This document shows, piece after piece, positions 19,918 to 30,022 of a DNA stretch of 64,000 bases (positions within the stretch are counted from its first letter, which is position 1; each line of letters opens with the position of its first letter). The position numbers and the translations under genes were made by a program. Source of the DNA: a virus. The stretch lies in IMG/VR virus record IMGVR_UViG_3300037067_026753. One strand, 5' to 3'. The notes below the pieces were generated by a model, which saw only the letters and a list, made by a program, of their open reading frames with translations, did no database searches and had not been told where the DNA came from.

Positions 19918-20406
19918 CTTGCCTCTTTGCCTCCAACGACAAATTGTTGATTTTGACATACCGTATTTTTTTGCTAATTTAATTATTGTTCCTCTTTTTA
20001 CTGTCCATGAAGAACCAGGTTTTGCGCCACGGACTCTATCTGTTTTGATTTTTCGTTCTGGTAAATCTATGGGTTCAAGGTAGACAAGTGTGTCAGCATA
20101 AGGTCGTGTCCAGCCGGGCACCCAGCGAAATGTTTTTCCACGGATAATTGAGAGAGCGGCTGATTGAGATATGTTATAAAGCTTTCTTGCTTCGGAAGCA
20201 GTAATGCCTTTGGGGACTCTGGCTCTTATTTTTTTGACGTTTGCAATAGATATTTTTGCTGTATTCATTGCCCATTTTGATTTGACGGGAGAGAAATTCG
20301 AGTGAGGAGAAAGGTCGAAAACATTGTTCCAGACAGCAACAGGCCTACAATCAAATTTCCGAGCAATGAAACTAAGAGCGTAGTTTTGCTCGAACATTGA
20401 GCGCAT
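19912..20406 (-). CDS. HTH DNA-binding protein
   Basis: two HTH-like segments incl. MSKSTICRWRQRG. Confidence 0.45.
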   Translation of the reverse strand: MRSMFEQNYALSFIARKFDCRPVAVWNNVFDLSPHSNFSPVKSKWAMNTAKISIANVKKIRARVPKGITASEARKLYNISQSAALSIIRGKTFRWVPGWTRPYADTLVYLEPIDLPERKIKTDRVRGAKPGSSWTVKRGTIIKLAKKYGMSKSTICRWRQRGKL

Positions 20407-20467
20407 TTCTTGTCGTTACAGGTGCGAAAATCTTTTACCATTTGATTTCTTTTTTCGCAATTGAACC

Positions 20468-20746
20468 TCAAGGAATAATCTGAATTTGTTTATATGAACA
20501 AGTATTGCATCTCATATATTTTTTCGTGATACCATTTTTATTCTTTCTAGAAGAACGTACGTGTAATGGTGTTTTGCATTTAGGACAACACGAAGATTGA
20601 GTGGGGAAAATCTTTGTGATTATTTTTTCTGTCAGTTTCTGAGCAAGATGGTGTCCGTTTCTGACAACAGTTCTATTACGTTCCAGGTCTTCACAAATCG
20701 TAATACATCCTTCATAGATTTGATTTCTTAAATAGGAAGTTTTCAT
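20468..20746 (-). CDS. zinc-ribbon protein
   Basis: CCPKC...CNTC. Confidence 0.4.
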   Translation of the reverse strand: MKTSYLRNQIYEGCITICEDLERNRTVVRNGHHLAQKLTEKIITKIFPTQSSCCPKCKTPLHVRSSRKNKNGITKKYMRCNTCSYKQIQIIP

Positions 20747-21162
20747 AGGACTCGGACATTTCTATAAGAAGTTTTGTTTTTCTTGTGATTATTACAAGGA
20801 TGACAAGCAATTGTACAGTTGCTTTTATCCCATTTCGAACCACCAAGCGACAGAGCAACTATATGATCAATAGTGGCAAGTGTCTTCAACTGAGCTTTGT
20901 CACATGGGTCTAGAATTTCACGAACTAGATGTTCTGCACCGCAATACTGACAAATTAGTTCACCATGTATTGCTTCAAATTCGTCAAAAATTTCATTTCT
21001 AAAAGTTTCCCATTCTTCCATTACTATTTTTTGCATCTGATCTCTCAAAAAAAGATAAGACGCTCTTGATTGTACAAAAGGTTCTTCAACAAAAACTTTA
21101 TCAGCATTAGTACTCAAATACAACATATAGTTAATAACAAACGGGTTAGAATATTCTGCCAT
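20743..21162 (-). CDS. HNH endonuclease
   Basis: CQYCG...HIVALSLGG...CHPCNNHK. Confidence 0.75.
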   Translation of the reverse strand: MAEYSNPFVINYMLYLSTNADKVFVEEPFVQSRASYLFLRDQMQKIVMEEWETFRNEIFDEFEAIHGELICQYCGAEHLVREILDPCDKAQLKTLATIDHIVALSLGGSKWDKSNCTIACHPCNNHKKNKTSYRNVRVL

Positions 21163-21229
21163 TAGATAGGGTTATTTTAAGCACATTAGCATAGGTGCTA
21201 ATGAATTCATATAGACATGGTATCAATAA

Positions 21230-21266
21230 TATGCTAGACGGTCCGCGAGCTTAGTCTTTCCAAAAC
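21230..21266. repeat. copy A of ~37-bp direct repeat (TATGCTAGACGGTCCGCGAGCTTAGTCTTTCCAAAAC)
   Basis: 34/37 identical to 28096-28133; spans stop codon of gene 21251..23812. Confidence 0.7.
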
Positions 21267-23812
21267 ATTTTAGGTGTAATAATCACACCATTTGACCATC
21301 CCCAACTATTTTCTCTTCTTTCACTCGTAAATTTTCTGTGGTCTGTTTCGTATAAAAAATCACTATAAGGAGATTCAGACCAATGTACTCCATAAATACT
21401 ACCCTCAATAAGCAATGCAGTATGTTGCCCGTATTCCGCTATCAAAAAAGCAAATGGGAGTTTCATTACTTTTTCTAATTTCTCTTGGTCTTGTTTAGAA
21501 AATTTTGTCGGGTTCCTGATAGGTTTTTTATCGACATCATACATTGTAGGTTTATAGTTGATTACCAAATCTTCAACGGGCAAAATCGGTTTTAAAATAT
21601 TAGTGCCATATATCTTTTCTTTAGATGCCATTTCATAAATGAGTTTAAGTATGTCTGCGTCTTTACCATAAAAGTTGTTCGAATCGGGCGTATAAAAAAG
21701 AGCTACCCAGTTTAATTTGAGTAATTCAAAAGCAAGTTCATGTCCAGTTACGCTTGCAAAAGCTTTTTTACATTTTTTCCAAGTTTCACCAAAACAGGTT
21801 TTATTAAATCCAATTTCCATGACTTCTAAGATGAAAGTTATGCAGTCGGTTTTCTTTAACTTGTATTGTTTTTTATGTACTTCAAACTTGTTTTTTATTG
21901 ATTGGTCCCAGGTACCTTTGAATCTATCAGCACTTAAACTAAAGCCACCCCTTCTAGCAGCTTCTAAATATTCTGCTTCATTTTTAAATGAGTATGGATA
22001 GAGACCTCCATAATGAGTCCCGCATGATCTTTCAAGAACATTTTTATAATGATTACCTATAATGAAAATTACTGCATCTCTAAGATTATCAATTAAAATC
22101 TTATTGCAATCTATTGAATGAAGTGGATTATCTTCTTTTGAATTAAATGCCATATCCCCATCTAACTCGATTACGTATCTTATCGTGTAGACTGCAAAAG
22201 CTTTATTTTCGGGCTCAAATGGCATGATTATTACAAATTTCTCTTTTTTATCTGAGTCAAAAGTCAAGTAAAAATGAGAGGGTTTGTATTTGAGGGGCTC
22301 TAAATATTTATTACCTTCTTTATCTTGTGTGTCGGGTGCGGGTAGCTGATGTTGAAATTCGTCAATACGTACAACTTCGCTAAAACAATAAGAATCTTTA
22401 CTTTTTTCTTTTATAATTACTTCAAATTTAGCAATTATTTGCGGGTTTGAATCTTCATAAATATTCACTATACATTTTTTGCCGACCAACAATGTGTCAG
22501 TTTTTAAGTAATCGACGTGTATTTGTACGTTGCCACCGCCAAAGGTGTCCCCATCAATAATAAAATTGTTTTTCCTGAACTCTATTTTTTGAATTTCTTT
22601 GTCGTTTTGTTGCCATTCAACTGGTGAAGTATAATTTTCACCTTTATATTTTACAGAAAGAGTATAAGAATCTTTTGAGACTTTCCATAAAACATCACCT
22701 TTGTTGTCGGTTCTTGAAGAATATTTTTTCCCTTTTTCATTACTTATAATACAAATTATGTCTTTTTCAAAATTACCACTATTATAGAAACCTAAATTGA
22801 CGTGTACATAACCAAAAGGCAATGCAAGTGTATCGCTTTTAAAATTGTCATTTGATGCAGCTCTATTTTCAATTACTGCAAAATATTCGACAGCATCTCC
22901 TTTTATATAATTTGTTGGAGTAGACAGTTTGAAATCTGTTGTCCAGCTATTTTCAGCAATAAGACGTCCTTCTGCTATTTGACTTAGATCTTCGGTTTTG
23001 CCTTTGTACACACAAAACAATTTTGCAAAAACTTTATTTTCTGTGTTGTCTAATCTCCTGTTGTTCTTAAAAGAAAATTTGATTTTAATTCTTTTATTGA
23101 AAACAATGTCTTGACTGTCATCGAACTCACCTGAAATAAATTTTAGTTCTAGCGGTGCTATTTGAGCAACTGGTTCTTCTGGGTCTTCTTCTTTGAAGTA
23201 ATCATCGTCATATAGTTCACCGAAAGCATCATTCCACACATCTGTATAACTTAAATGCCCTTTAAAATAGAGCCAGTTTATTTTTCTGAATTTGAATTGA
23301 ACTTCTTCAAGGTGGTTATATCTTTCGAACCGTGGGTCTTTGACATCAGGCATTGTGTGATGAACTTTATGAAGACGCACATTTTCTAAGGTCATCCTGA
23401 AATATTCTTCTTGTTTTCCTTTTTTGCTGCTATATTGGTACCACCTGATCTCAATTTTACTTAAAAAAGCACCAGTTTTCATGTAATTCAAGAGATAAGG
23501 GCTTATTTGGTCAATATTTTTTACAAACATCATTGGTTCATGTTTTCTCACAAAATCTTGACCATGGAGCAAAGCATAGAAATAATCTTTGGAAACTGTA
23601 TAAACATGATGAGTGAATTCATAAATGTAACAACCAGAAAGGCCAGTAAATTCATCTTTTAATTGGTCCAAAGACGAAAGGCCTGTAAATTTATCTTTTA
23701 ATTGCTTCAAAGACGAAATTGCATAAATAGAATCTAGCTCTTTGATTTTTACTGGCCCAGGTATTACGTTCCCTTTAGAATCGTAAAATATAACTATAGG
23801 AGCAATTGCCAT
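21251..23812 (-). CDS. large hypothetical protein (853 aa) with N-terminal tandem 13-aa repeats
   Basis: long ORF; ends FWKD* inside the repeat. Confidence 0.6.
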   Translation of the reverse strand: MAIAPIVIFYDSKGNVIPGPVKIKELDSIYAISSLKQLKDKFTGLSSLDQLKDEFTGLSGCYIYEFTHHVYTVSKDYFYALLHGQDFVRKHEPMMFVKNIDQISPYLLNYMKTGAFLSKIEIRWYQYSSKKGKQEEYFRMTLENVRLHKVHHTMPDVKDPRFERYNHLEEVQFKFRKINWLYFKGHLSYTDVWNDAFGELYDDDYFKEEDPEEPVAQIAPLELKFISGEFDDSQDIVFNKRIKIKFSFKNNRRLDNTENKVFAKLFCVYKGKTEDLSQIAEGRLIAENSWTTDFKLSTPTNYIKGDAVEYFAVIENRAASNDNFKSDTLALPFGYVHVNLGFYNSGNFEKDIICIISNEKGKKYSSRTDNKGDVLWKVSKDSYTLSVKYKGENYTSPVEWQQNDKEIQKIEFRKNNFIIDGDTFGGGNVQIHVDYLKTDTLLVGKKCIVNIYEDSNPQIIAKFEVIIKEKSKDSYCFSEVVRIDEFQHQLPAPDTQDKEGNKYLEPLKYKPSHFYLTFDSDKKEKFVIIMPFEPENKAFAVYTIRYVIELDGDMAFNSKEDNPLHSIDCNKILIDNLRDAVIFIIGNHYKNVLERSCGTHYGGLYPYSFKNEAEYLEAARRGGFSLSADRFKGTWDQSIKNKFEVHKKQYKLKKTDCITFILEVMEIGFNKTCFGETWKKCKKAFASVTGHELAFELLKLNWVALFYTPDSNNFYGKDADILKLIYEMASKEKIYGTNILKPILPVEDLVINYKPTMYDVDKKPIRNPTKFSKQDQEKLEKVMKLPFAFLIAEYGQHTALLIEGSIYGVHWSESPYSDFLYETDHRKFTSERRENSWGWSNGVIITPKMFWKD
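23643..23718. repeat. 2 x ~38-bp intragenic tandem repeat
   Basis: encodes LKQLKDKFTGLSS/LDQLKDEFTGLSG. Confidence 0.5.
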
Positions 23813-23815
23813 ATA

Positions 23816-26116
23816 TTAATCCTTCATAAGACAACATCTAAAACCTGTTTCATCATTTGCACCTTCAGGCATACGCATATCTCTGAAAGTTACATTGACT
23901 TTGTCGAGCTCAGTATAAAAACTCCCACCCCTAAGTATTATCCCAGTATTGTACTGGTCTTTTTCGTGGAAAGGATCAACCAAGGGAGTAGCAGACTCGA
24001 CATATTTATAAAACCAGTCATTTGTCCATTCTTCAACATTCCCAAACATATCAAATAATCCATATCCATTACTATTTTTCTGAGCAATTTTTTGTGGTGC
24101 ATTACAGTCATCAATGTACCAAGCTATTGCTTTCAACTGGTCTTCTCCAAAATAAAGAACACTCGAATTGCCCTTTGCGGCAAATTCCCACTCAGCTTCT
24201 GTAGGAAGCCTGAAACCTTTTTTATTAAAATCAATTTGGAGATTGAGCAGGATTAATTTAGAACTTTCAGGAATCTCTCCAAAAGTCCCTTGCATTCCAT
24301 TATAAGAGTAAACTGTATCAGTACTTCCAGCAGCTTTTGTTCGAGCATTGCAATATAGAATTGCTTCATACCAGTTGATACCGAAAGCAGGAAGATTGTC
24401 ATCCAATGGATATGATGACCACATGTCTGGTGTTTTATAAATGCTTGGGTATGCTACCGACATGATTGCAGCAAATGATTTTTGTGTTACTTCCGTCTTA
24501 TCATACCATAAATCGTGAGTCAACATTACAGGGTGCATTGGCTTTTCAGTACTGTATGCAGAATCACCTCTGCCTCCCATATCAAAAACTTTATCTTTTG
24601 AATTGATGAAAACCATGTTAGCAGGATCTTCCCATTGAGCATTAAATGTCACATTACCTGCACCCAATTTATATGTATCATCAGGTTTGTACAAAGTTTT
24701 CGTACTGTCTATCCAACCTTTGAATGTATATCCAGTCTTGACTAGAGAAGAAACTGGTATTTTTACTAGAGTTTCATATTCATAAACATTTTCTTCAGGA
24801 ATTTGTCCAAAATCGTAGTCTGAGCAAATAAATGTTACCTTATAGCTATTTTTTTCCCATTTAGCATATAATGTAAGGTTATCAACGATTTTCACCTGTG
24901 ATTCAGAAAAATAATCTATTCCTTTACCCAAACTATCTGTATTCCAGCACAAAAATCTATGGCCTTTTTTCGACAACAGATTGTTTGAAGAAATTTTTGT
25001 TTCGGTTCCTTCTACAAGTCTTGTTTCACTGGGCACTGCGCCTTCAGTACCATAACTTTTGTAGGTTATTGTAAAAACTGGTTTTGCTTCCCATTTAGCG
25101 TATAGAACTAAAGAATTGGCTACAATTATTTTGTCGCCTACAAGATAGTCGGTTCCCTTCCCTGTACTGTCTGTATTCCAGCACAAGAAATTATAACCCG
25201 ATTTAGAAACAGTGGCATTTGAAATTTTTGTTTCACTCCCCCTTAGGTATTCTTTTATTTCAGGTAATGTCCCATCTATTCCACTTGTCCGTTTATATGT
25301 TATTGAAAACATGGGAATTGATTGCCATGTGGCCACCAATGTCAAGTTTGTGTCTATTTTAAATTTTTCTCCAGGTTTCAAAATTGTGTCTTTTTGAACT
25401 ATAAACCACCCTGAAAAATCACAATCTTTTTTAGATGCTAAGGTGTCCATAATACTAACATCTTGTCCTGTTAGATAATTGTTAGTGTCAACAGGAACAA
25501 TACGGCTATCATCTTTATAGACAACCATGAACTTGACAATTATTGGTTCTACGGTATCTTGTGTAACTACGGTGTCCTGCCTGGTAGTATCTTGGGCAAT
25601 AGTGTCTTCCGTGGTAGTATCTTGAGCAATAGTATCACGTGTGGTAGTGTCCTGGGCAATGGTATCCAGAGTAGTAGTGTCTTTAACAACGGTCGTCGTG
25701 CAAGGTATGTCCAAAGTGTCCAAGGTTACAACAGGTGTTGTGTCGGCATCTTTTTTGAAATTTGCAAAGATATAAAGACTGTCATAATAAATTGCGTTTC
25801 CACCGCTATATCGTGTACTTATCCTTATAATATTTTCACCTTCAACCAAGTCTTTTAAAATCAAGGTGCTTTCAGGCGACCATTCGTCAGACCAGTCACC
25901 ATTATTGATCCTGAACTTAAATCTGCTCTGTGGTTTATTTCCAAAGACAGAAAGAACTGCACTATCTACTTTAACCGTATCACCATTGTTTATTGAATTT
26001 TGGCTTAACAAGATGACAGGCGGATCGTAACTTGTTCCTTTTTCATCAAAAGGATTGTCATTATTAGCAAAATTGCAAGAAAGCAATAACACTAACAATG
26101 CTAACAATCTGTACAT
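23816..26116 (-). CDS. secreted protein with Listeria-Bacteroides repeats and C-terminal FGE-sulfatase (SUMF1-like) domain
   Basis: signal peptide; ...GYTFKGW..YKLGAGNVTFNAQWE repeats; GFRLPTEAEWEFAAKG...GNVEEWT...RGGSF. Confidence 0.7.
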   Translation of the reverse strand: MYRLLALLVLLLSCNFANNDNPFDEKGTSYDPPVILLSQNSINNGDTVKVDSAVLSVFGNKPQSRFKFRINNGDWSDEWSPESTLILKDLVEGENIIRISTRYSGGNAIYYDSLYIFANFKKDADTTPVVTLDTLDIPCTTTVVKDTTTLDTIAQDTTTRDTIAQDTTTEDTIAQDTTRQDTVVTQDTVEPIIVKFMVVYKDDSRIVPVDTNNYLTGQDVSIMDTLASKKDCDFSGWFIVQKDTILKPGEKFKIDTNLTLVATWQSIPMFSITYKRTSGIDGTLPEIKEYLRGSETKISNATVSKSGYNFLCWNTDSTGKGTDYLVGDKIIVANSLVLYAKWEAKPVFTITYKSYGTEGAVPSETRLVEGTETKISSNNLLSKKGHRFLCWNTDSLGKGIDYFSESQVKIVDNLTLYAKWEKNSYKVTFICSDYDFGQIPEENVYEYETLVKIPVSSLVKTGYTFKGWIDSTKTLYKPDDTYKLGAGNVTFNAQWEDPANMVFINSKDKVFDMGGRGDSAYSTEKPMHPVMLTHDLWYDKTEVTQKSFAAIMSVAYPSIYKTPDMWSSYPLDDNLPAFGINWYEAILYCNARTKAAGSTDTVYSYNGMQGTFGEIPESSKLILLNLQIDFNKKGFRLPTEAEWEFAAKGNSSVLYFGEDQLKAIAWYIDDCNAPQKIAQKNSNGYGLFDMFGNVEEWTNDWFYKYVESATPLVDPFHEKDQYNTGIILRGGSFYTELDKVNVTFRDMRMPEGANDETGFRCCLMKD
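25571..25700. repeat. ~4 x 30-bp imperfect tandem repeat inside CDS
   Basis: encodes (D/Q)TIAQDTTT(R/E) repeats. Confidence 0.55.
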
Positions 26117-26127
26117 AACTCCTCCTT

Positions 26128-26991
26128 TTAAAAATCTATTACTAAAGAAAAACTCATTTCTTCGGATGTCGAATTTAAAACGATTTTATCTTTTATCTTT
26201 TTCCCTTTGTCAAAGATGGTTATACCAATACCTGCAACAAAGAAGACAGAACCTAAAATCCCAGAGGTTTTAGTCCACTGAAGTAGATTGTTTCTGTCAT
26301 TTTTTAATGCATCAATATCAGCCTGCTTGTCAGCAGCTTTATAGCGTTGATACTTGTTTTTTGTTGCTATCAAAAGACCACCAGAAGCGACAAAAGACGT
26401 AGCACTAATTACAAACACGCTGTTTCTCAAACTATTGTCTTTTTCTTTGACGGAATCTTGTATTTCGGGTTCTTTAGATTTATATGTGTAAGGGTAATCG
26501 TCTTGAACAGGTTGTATTTGGCCATTTATTGTAAAATGGAATTGTCCATTGTTTCTAAAAACACCTTTATCTACTCTGATATCAACTTTTTGAGATTTGA
26601 TACCATAAACAGAGTAACAAAGCCTAAAATTTGATAAATGCACTTTATACGGACTTCTTTTAATATCTATTCCATTCCAGTCAAATAAACTTGGGAAAGT
26701 ATCACTTTTGGGGTTGTACAAGTTATCACTTATTGACGTAAATACAACAGGAGTTGTTACTTCCCCAGAAACTACTAAGGGTCCTCTTACAATTATGCCA
26801 GTAAAAGGTTTAAAAAACAGAACACAACCCTCTTTAAAAATTGTTGGTTTTTTACCGATAATTTGGATTGTGTTCAGGACAATATAAGGATTACCTGTAG
26901 AATCAAATGTCTTCTCTTTAATGTCACCTGACAAATGAGTTTCCGAAACACTTATATTGAATAAAACAAAAATTATCATGAAGAATTTCAT
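26128..26991 (-). CDS. secreted/membrane hypothetical protein
   Basis: signal peptide, C-terminal TM helices. Confidence 0.5.
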   Translation of the reverse strand: MKFFMIIFVLFNISVSETHLSGDIKEKTFDSTGNPYIVLNTIQIIGKKPTIFKEGCVLFFKPFTGIIVRGPLVVSGEVTTPVVFTSISDNLYNPKSDTFPSLFDWNGIDIKRSPYKVHLSNFRLCYSVYGIKSQKVDIRVDKGVFRNNGQFHFTINGQIQPVQDDYPYTYKSKEPEIQDSVKEKDNSLRNSVFVISATSFVASGGLLIATKNKYQRYKAADKQADIDALKNDRNNLLQWTKTSGILGSVFFVAGIGITIFDKGKKIKDKIVLNSTSEEMSFSLVIDF

Positions 26992-27674
26992 TTATAACTC
27001 TCCGATCTAATCCAATTGTCAACCATCGGATCTGAAAATAATTTACTGATTACTCTATATTTTGAATATCTAAAAGGATTGTTTGTAGTAATACTTTCGG
27101 ACATAACTCCTGTATCAGGAAAATAGTAATTAGAATGTATAAAACTTACACTGTTATTTTGAACATAGAGAAAACCAACATGACAATCTAAACCTGTCAA
27201 ATAAAGACCTTCACCTTGTTTTAACAGATAGTTTTCGACATCTGCAAGCGGTTGGTTTTTAAACCGTTTTACCTTATAAGGAGAAAATTTTAAAATCATT
27301 TCTTCAGAAGCAAGTTGTGCCCATTTTATTGGCACTCTAAAACCTACGTCATTTAAAATCGTTGTAACAAAATAACCACAAGCTATTTTTCCCTGCCTGG
27401 GAATTCTTGTAGTACCATAAAAATCCCAAGGTGTTCCATACCAATAAGGAATAAGACTATCTCGTATCATAGTCAACAAATACTTACGGGTTTGTTTGAT
27501 TATTTGCTGTCGGATGGTATCGTTTGCCTGAGTGTATATACAGTTAATTGAGTATCTGTCAAGTTTAATTCTATTAACCATTTTGGTATATTGTTCTGCT
27601 ATACCATTCGAAAAACATATATTTGTGGCTATTAATATGATTATGAAGTAGATATGTAGTTTCATAATGTACAA
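26988..27674 (-). CDS. secreted hypothetical protein (possible Cys-His papain-like/NlpC-like)
   Basis: signal peptide; IACGYF...DCHVGFLYV. Confidence 0.4.
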   Translation of the reverse strand: MYIMKLHIYFIIILIATNICFSNGIAEQYTKMVNRIKLDRYSINCIYTQANDTIRQQIIKQTRKYLLTMIRDSLIPYWYGTPWDFYGTTRIPRQGKIACGYFVTTILNDVGFRVPIKWAQLASEEMILKFSPYKVKRFKNQPLADVENYLLKQGEGLYLTGLDCHVGFLYVQNNSVSFIHSNYYFPDTGVMSESITTNNPFRYSKYRVISKLFSDPMVDNWIRSESYK

Positions 27675-27680
27675 AATATT

Positions 27681-27974
27681 CTATAGTTTACCGGGTTTCC
27701 GCTGTTTTCTGGTGTGTATTATGTTTAAATAATCTTGTATAGCTCGAATTTGTTCCAAACATTTCCTGCATGTCACCCTGCCGCCATCAATTTTCGACAT
27801 TTCATGAGAATTGCGATTTGAAGGATCTTTTTCTGTGCAATCACCATCCCAGGCATCCCCACATAACATATATTCAGAATTCGTCGTCGATGCCATGTGA
27901 ACTCCGTTATTATTTTTCCACAATTCCATTTTGACTTTCACACCGAGCTTCAGAGTCCGGCGAATTGAAAACAA
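27681..27974 (-). CDS. small Cys-rich protein
   Basis: CGDAWDGDC...CRKC. Confidence 0.4.
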   Translation of the reverse strand: MFSIRRTLKLGVKVKMELWKNNNGVHMASTTNSEYMLCGDAWDGDCTEKDPSNRNSHEMSKIDGGRVTCRKCLEQIRAIQDYLNIIHTRKQRKPGKL

Positions 27975-28095
27975 TTTTCACATTTCATTCATTCCCTTAT
28001 ATCTAAAATTATACACACTCTGCCAATTAAATACAGGTATTATAAGCAAATTAATGGGTAGAGTTAATAAAACTATATAAGCTATATAGGAGTAG

Positions 28096-28133
28096 TATGC
28101 TAGTCGGTCAGCGAGCTTGGTCTTTCCAAAAAC
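28096..28133. repeat. copy B of ~37-bp direct repeat
   Basis: TATGCTAGTCGGTCAGCGAGCTTGGTCTTTCCAAAAAC; spans stop of gene 28108..28824. Confidence 0.7.
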
Positions 28134-28824
28134 AATAAAGGCATTTGTGTGGGCATCTGTCTCTATGCTTCAGTAATTCTGTTTTCAAAGAAATACAGGC
28201 ACATGTTTTGGGCCGTTGACGCGCGAAACTGTGTTTAAATCCCTGGCCCAAAATTTCACAATCTTTTGCTGACACACAACCTGTACACTTGAAATCGGGC
28301 TCACCACAAATTTCAACTGTTGTTTTGGCTTCTCTCTGTATAGCGAGCAAAGCCTTTTGCCGAAACTCAAGTGGTGCATGGAACGTATCCCAGGGAAGCG
28401 AAATATCTTCTTGTTGGAATCTATATTTTACATGTTCGTAATAATCAATAAAAGAAACTCTAATTCTAAATCTCCCTATTTCTTGAGCCAACCGTACAAC
28501 ATTGACAGCTGTTTCAATTCCTCTTTCCGTTGGAATTACTGGATCGACTCTGATTGTCACTCTTTCTTGTCCCAAAACATCTTTTAGACATTGAACACCT
28601 TTCATTGCTTCTTCAACAGGCATTACATTTGGTTCGAGAATAGTACTACCATACCCTGTTATTGTTGCATGAGCAATAACATTGGGCTTGTCAAACAATT
28701 TTATATTATCACACAATTTGCATGGGTTTTTAGAAAGCAATATTGCTGGTTTTCCTTTTCGAACCCAGTCAAACCAGTCCGTATCTAAACCTGCATCACC
28801 GCGTTCTGTTATTCCTATCGCCAT
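28108..28824 (-). CDS. radical-SAM-like protein with C-terminal CX3CX2C
   Basis: DRCPHKCLYCFW near C-terminus; ends FWKDQAR*. Confidence 0.5.
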   Translation of the reverse strand: MAIGITERGDAGLDTDWFDWVRKGKPAILLSKNPCKLCDNIKLFDKPNVIAHATITGYGSTILEPNVMPVEEAMKGVQCLKDVLGQERVTIRVDPVIPTERGIETAVNVVRLAQEIGRFRIRVSFIDYYEHVKYRFQQEDISLPWDTFHAPLEFRQKALLAIQREAKTTVEICGEPDFKCTGCVSAKDCEILGQGFKHSFARQRPKTCACISLKTELLKHRDRCPHKCLYCFWKDQAR

Positions 28825-29080
28825 TTTGCAAACTCCGTATTTTAGACTTTAGAGACCAATCAATTATAAGACTTACAGGAAACCAAAATATCCCTATATA
28901 ACACGGTAACATACTTGGTATTACCGTAGCAATATGCAATAATACAAAGACAAGTAAAACAGTAGAAAAAATGTTGAAGAATGCTTTTATTACTTGCAAC
29001 AAAAAAACAAGTTCAAATTTTCGAAATTCATTTAAAAAAGCAAACAAACTTAACATTTTTACCTGACTGTCGTAAAACAT
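28796..29080 (-). CDS. small membrane protein
   Basis: hydrophobic helices. Confidence 0.35.
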   Translation of the reverse strand: MFYDSQVKMLSLFAFLNEFRKFELVFLLQVIKAFFNIFSTVLLVFVLLHIATVIPSMLPCYIGIFWFPVSLIIDWSLKSKIRSLQNGDRNNRTR

Positions 29081-29258
29081 CTTCTAATTGCATTGGTAAA
29101 ATTTTCAAAACCTGTCCAAATTACCTTTAGGTCAGCAGCCGCAACAGTTTTTCCCCAGTATTGACTTTCTACATCCACCCATCCATCCTCGTCTTCAGAG
29201 CGCCATCCCGGTGAAAACCATTGGTCGCCCTGTTTAAGAACGTGTCTACGAGACAGTT

Positions 29259-29744
29259 TCAAATTTTTTCCTGCTCTGGCTCTGGGAAATCATACACATA
29301 CGTATCGACATTCATGTGTTTCAGGATTATGGGTTCGATTTCTTCCCAGGTTCCACCTGCTAAACCGCAACCTATCCTGGGCATATGAACCGTAATTTTC
29401 TCACCCTCGGTTGCCTGGTATACTTGTTTCAAGCACATATTGAGTGCTTTCAAATGCAAGGGTTTGAAATTGTTTTCTTTTGTACCATATCCGTCCTGGG
29501 CAATCATGTTTACGACGCTGATGTTGCTGTCAACCGTTACAATTTGTATTTTGCCAAGACGGAAACCTTCTGCTTCTCTCGACCAAAGACGGTATGAAGC
29601 TTCAGGGCCTCTGCCCAGGTTCTTGGTCACTGCTACAACGAAACCTGCACCCCACCCGCCCTTGTTATTGCATATATGGACAATATAAGCCGGTGTTTGT
29701 ACCGGCTTAGTGGCATCCCCTGTAAGGTATTTTAATTCAGCCAT
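29259..29744 (-). CDS. macro domain (ADP-ribose-binding/processing) protein
   Basis: YIVHICNNKGGWGAGFVVAV... fold-typical G-rich loop. Confidence 0.75.
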   Translation of the reverse strand: MAELKYLTGDATKPVQTPAYIVHICNNKGGWGAGFVVAVTKNLGRGPEASYRLWSREAEGFRLGKIQIVTVDSNISVVNMIAQDGYGTKENNFKPLHLKALNMCLKQVYQATEGEKITVHMPRIGCGLAGGTWEEIEPIILKHMNVDTYVYDFPEPEQEKI

Positions 29745-29836
29745 TGTTGTCCTTTCGATGTTGTTTCAAATACAGATAAGCAAGATGCATTCTGAATTTC
29801 TTCCCCCTGCGTTCTTCTTTCTTTATATCGAGTTTT

Positions 29837-29986
29837 TTACCTCCGTTCGGCCAAACGGACAGGGTCATGAATACCACAATAATGAATTCCATTTCTGCAT
29901 ACTTTTGCATTATTAGTACAATGCTTATACCTCGGGAAATTCATTTTTGTGATCAGATATTCAGCTTCACATTTTGTGTTTTCCAT
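29837..29986 (-). CDS. unannotated 49-aa Cys-rich ORF
   Basis: MENTKCEAEY...CTNNAKVCRNGIHYCGIH; below ORF-track cutoff; no SD. Confidence 0.25.
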   Translation of the reverse strand: MENTKCEAEYLITKMNFPRYKHCTNNAKVCRNGIHYCGIHDPVRLAERR

Positions 29987-30022
29987 ATTTATTATATCGA
30001 AAGAACAAACAAAACTGCCAAA

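Noticed and set aside
20265-20471. ORF 20265..20471
   Set aside because: Largely overlaps the HTH gene 19912..20406 in another frame. No SD.
29059-29262. Twin-arginine signal in MKLSRRHVLKQG
   Set aside because: No hydrophobic h-region follows the RR motif.
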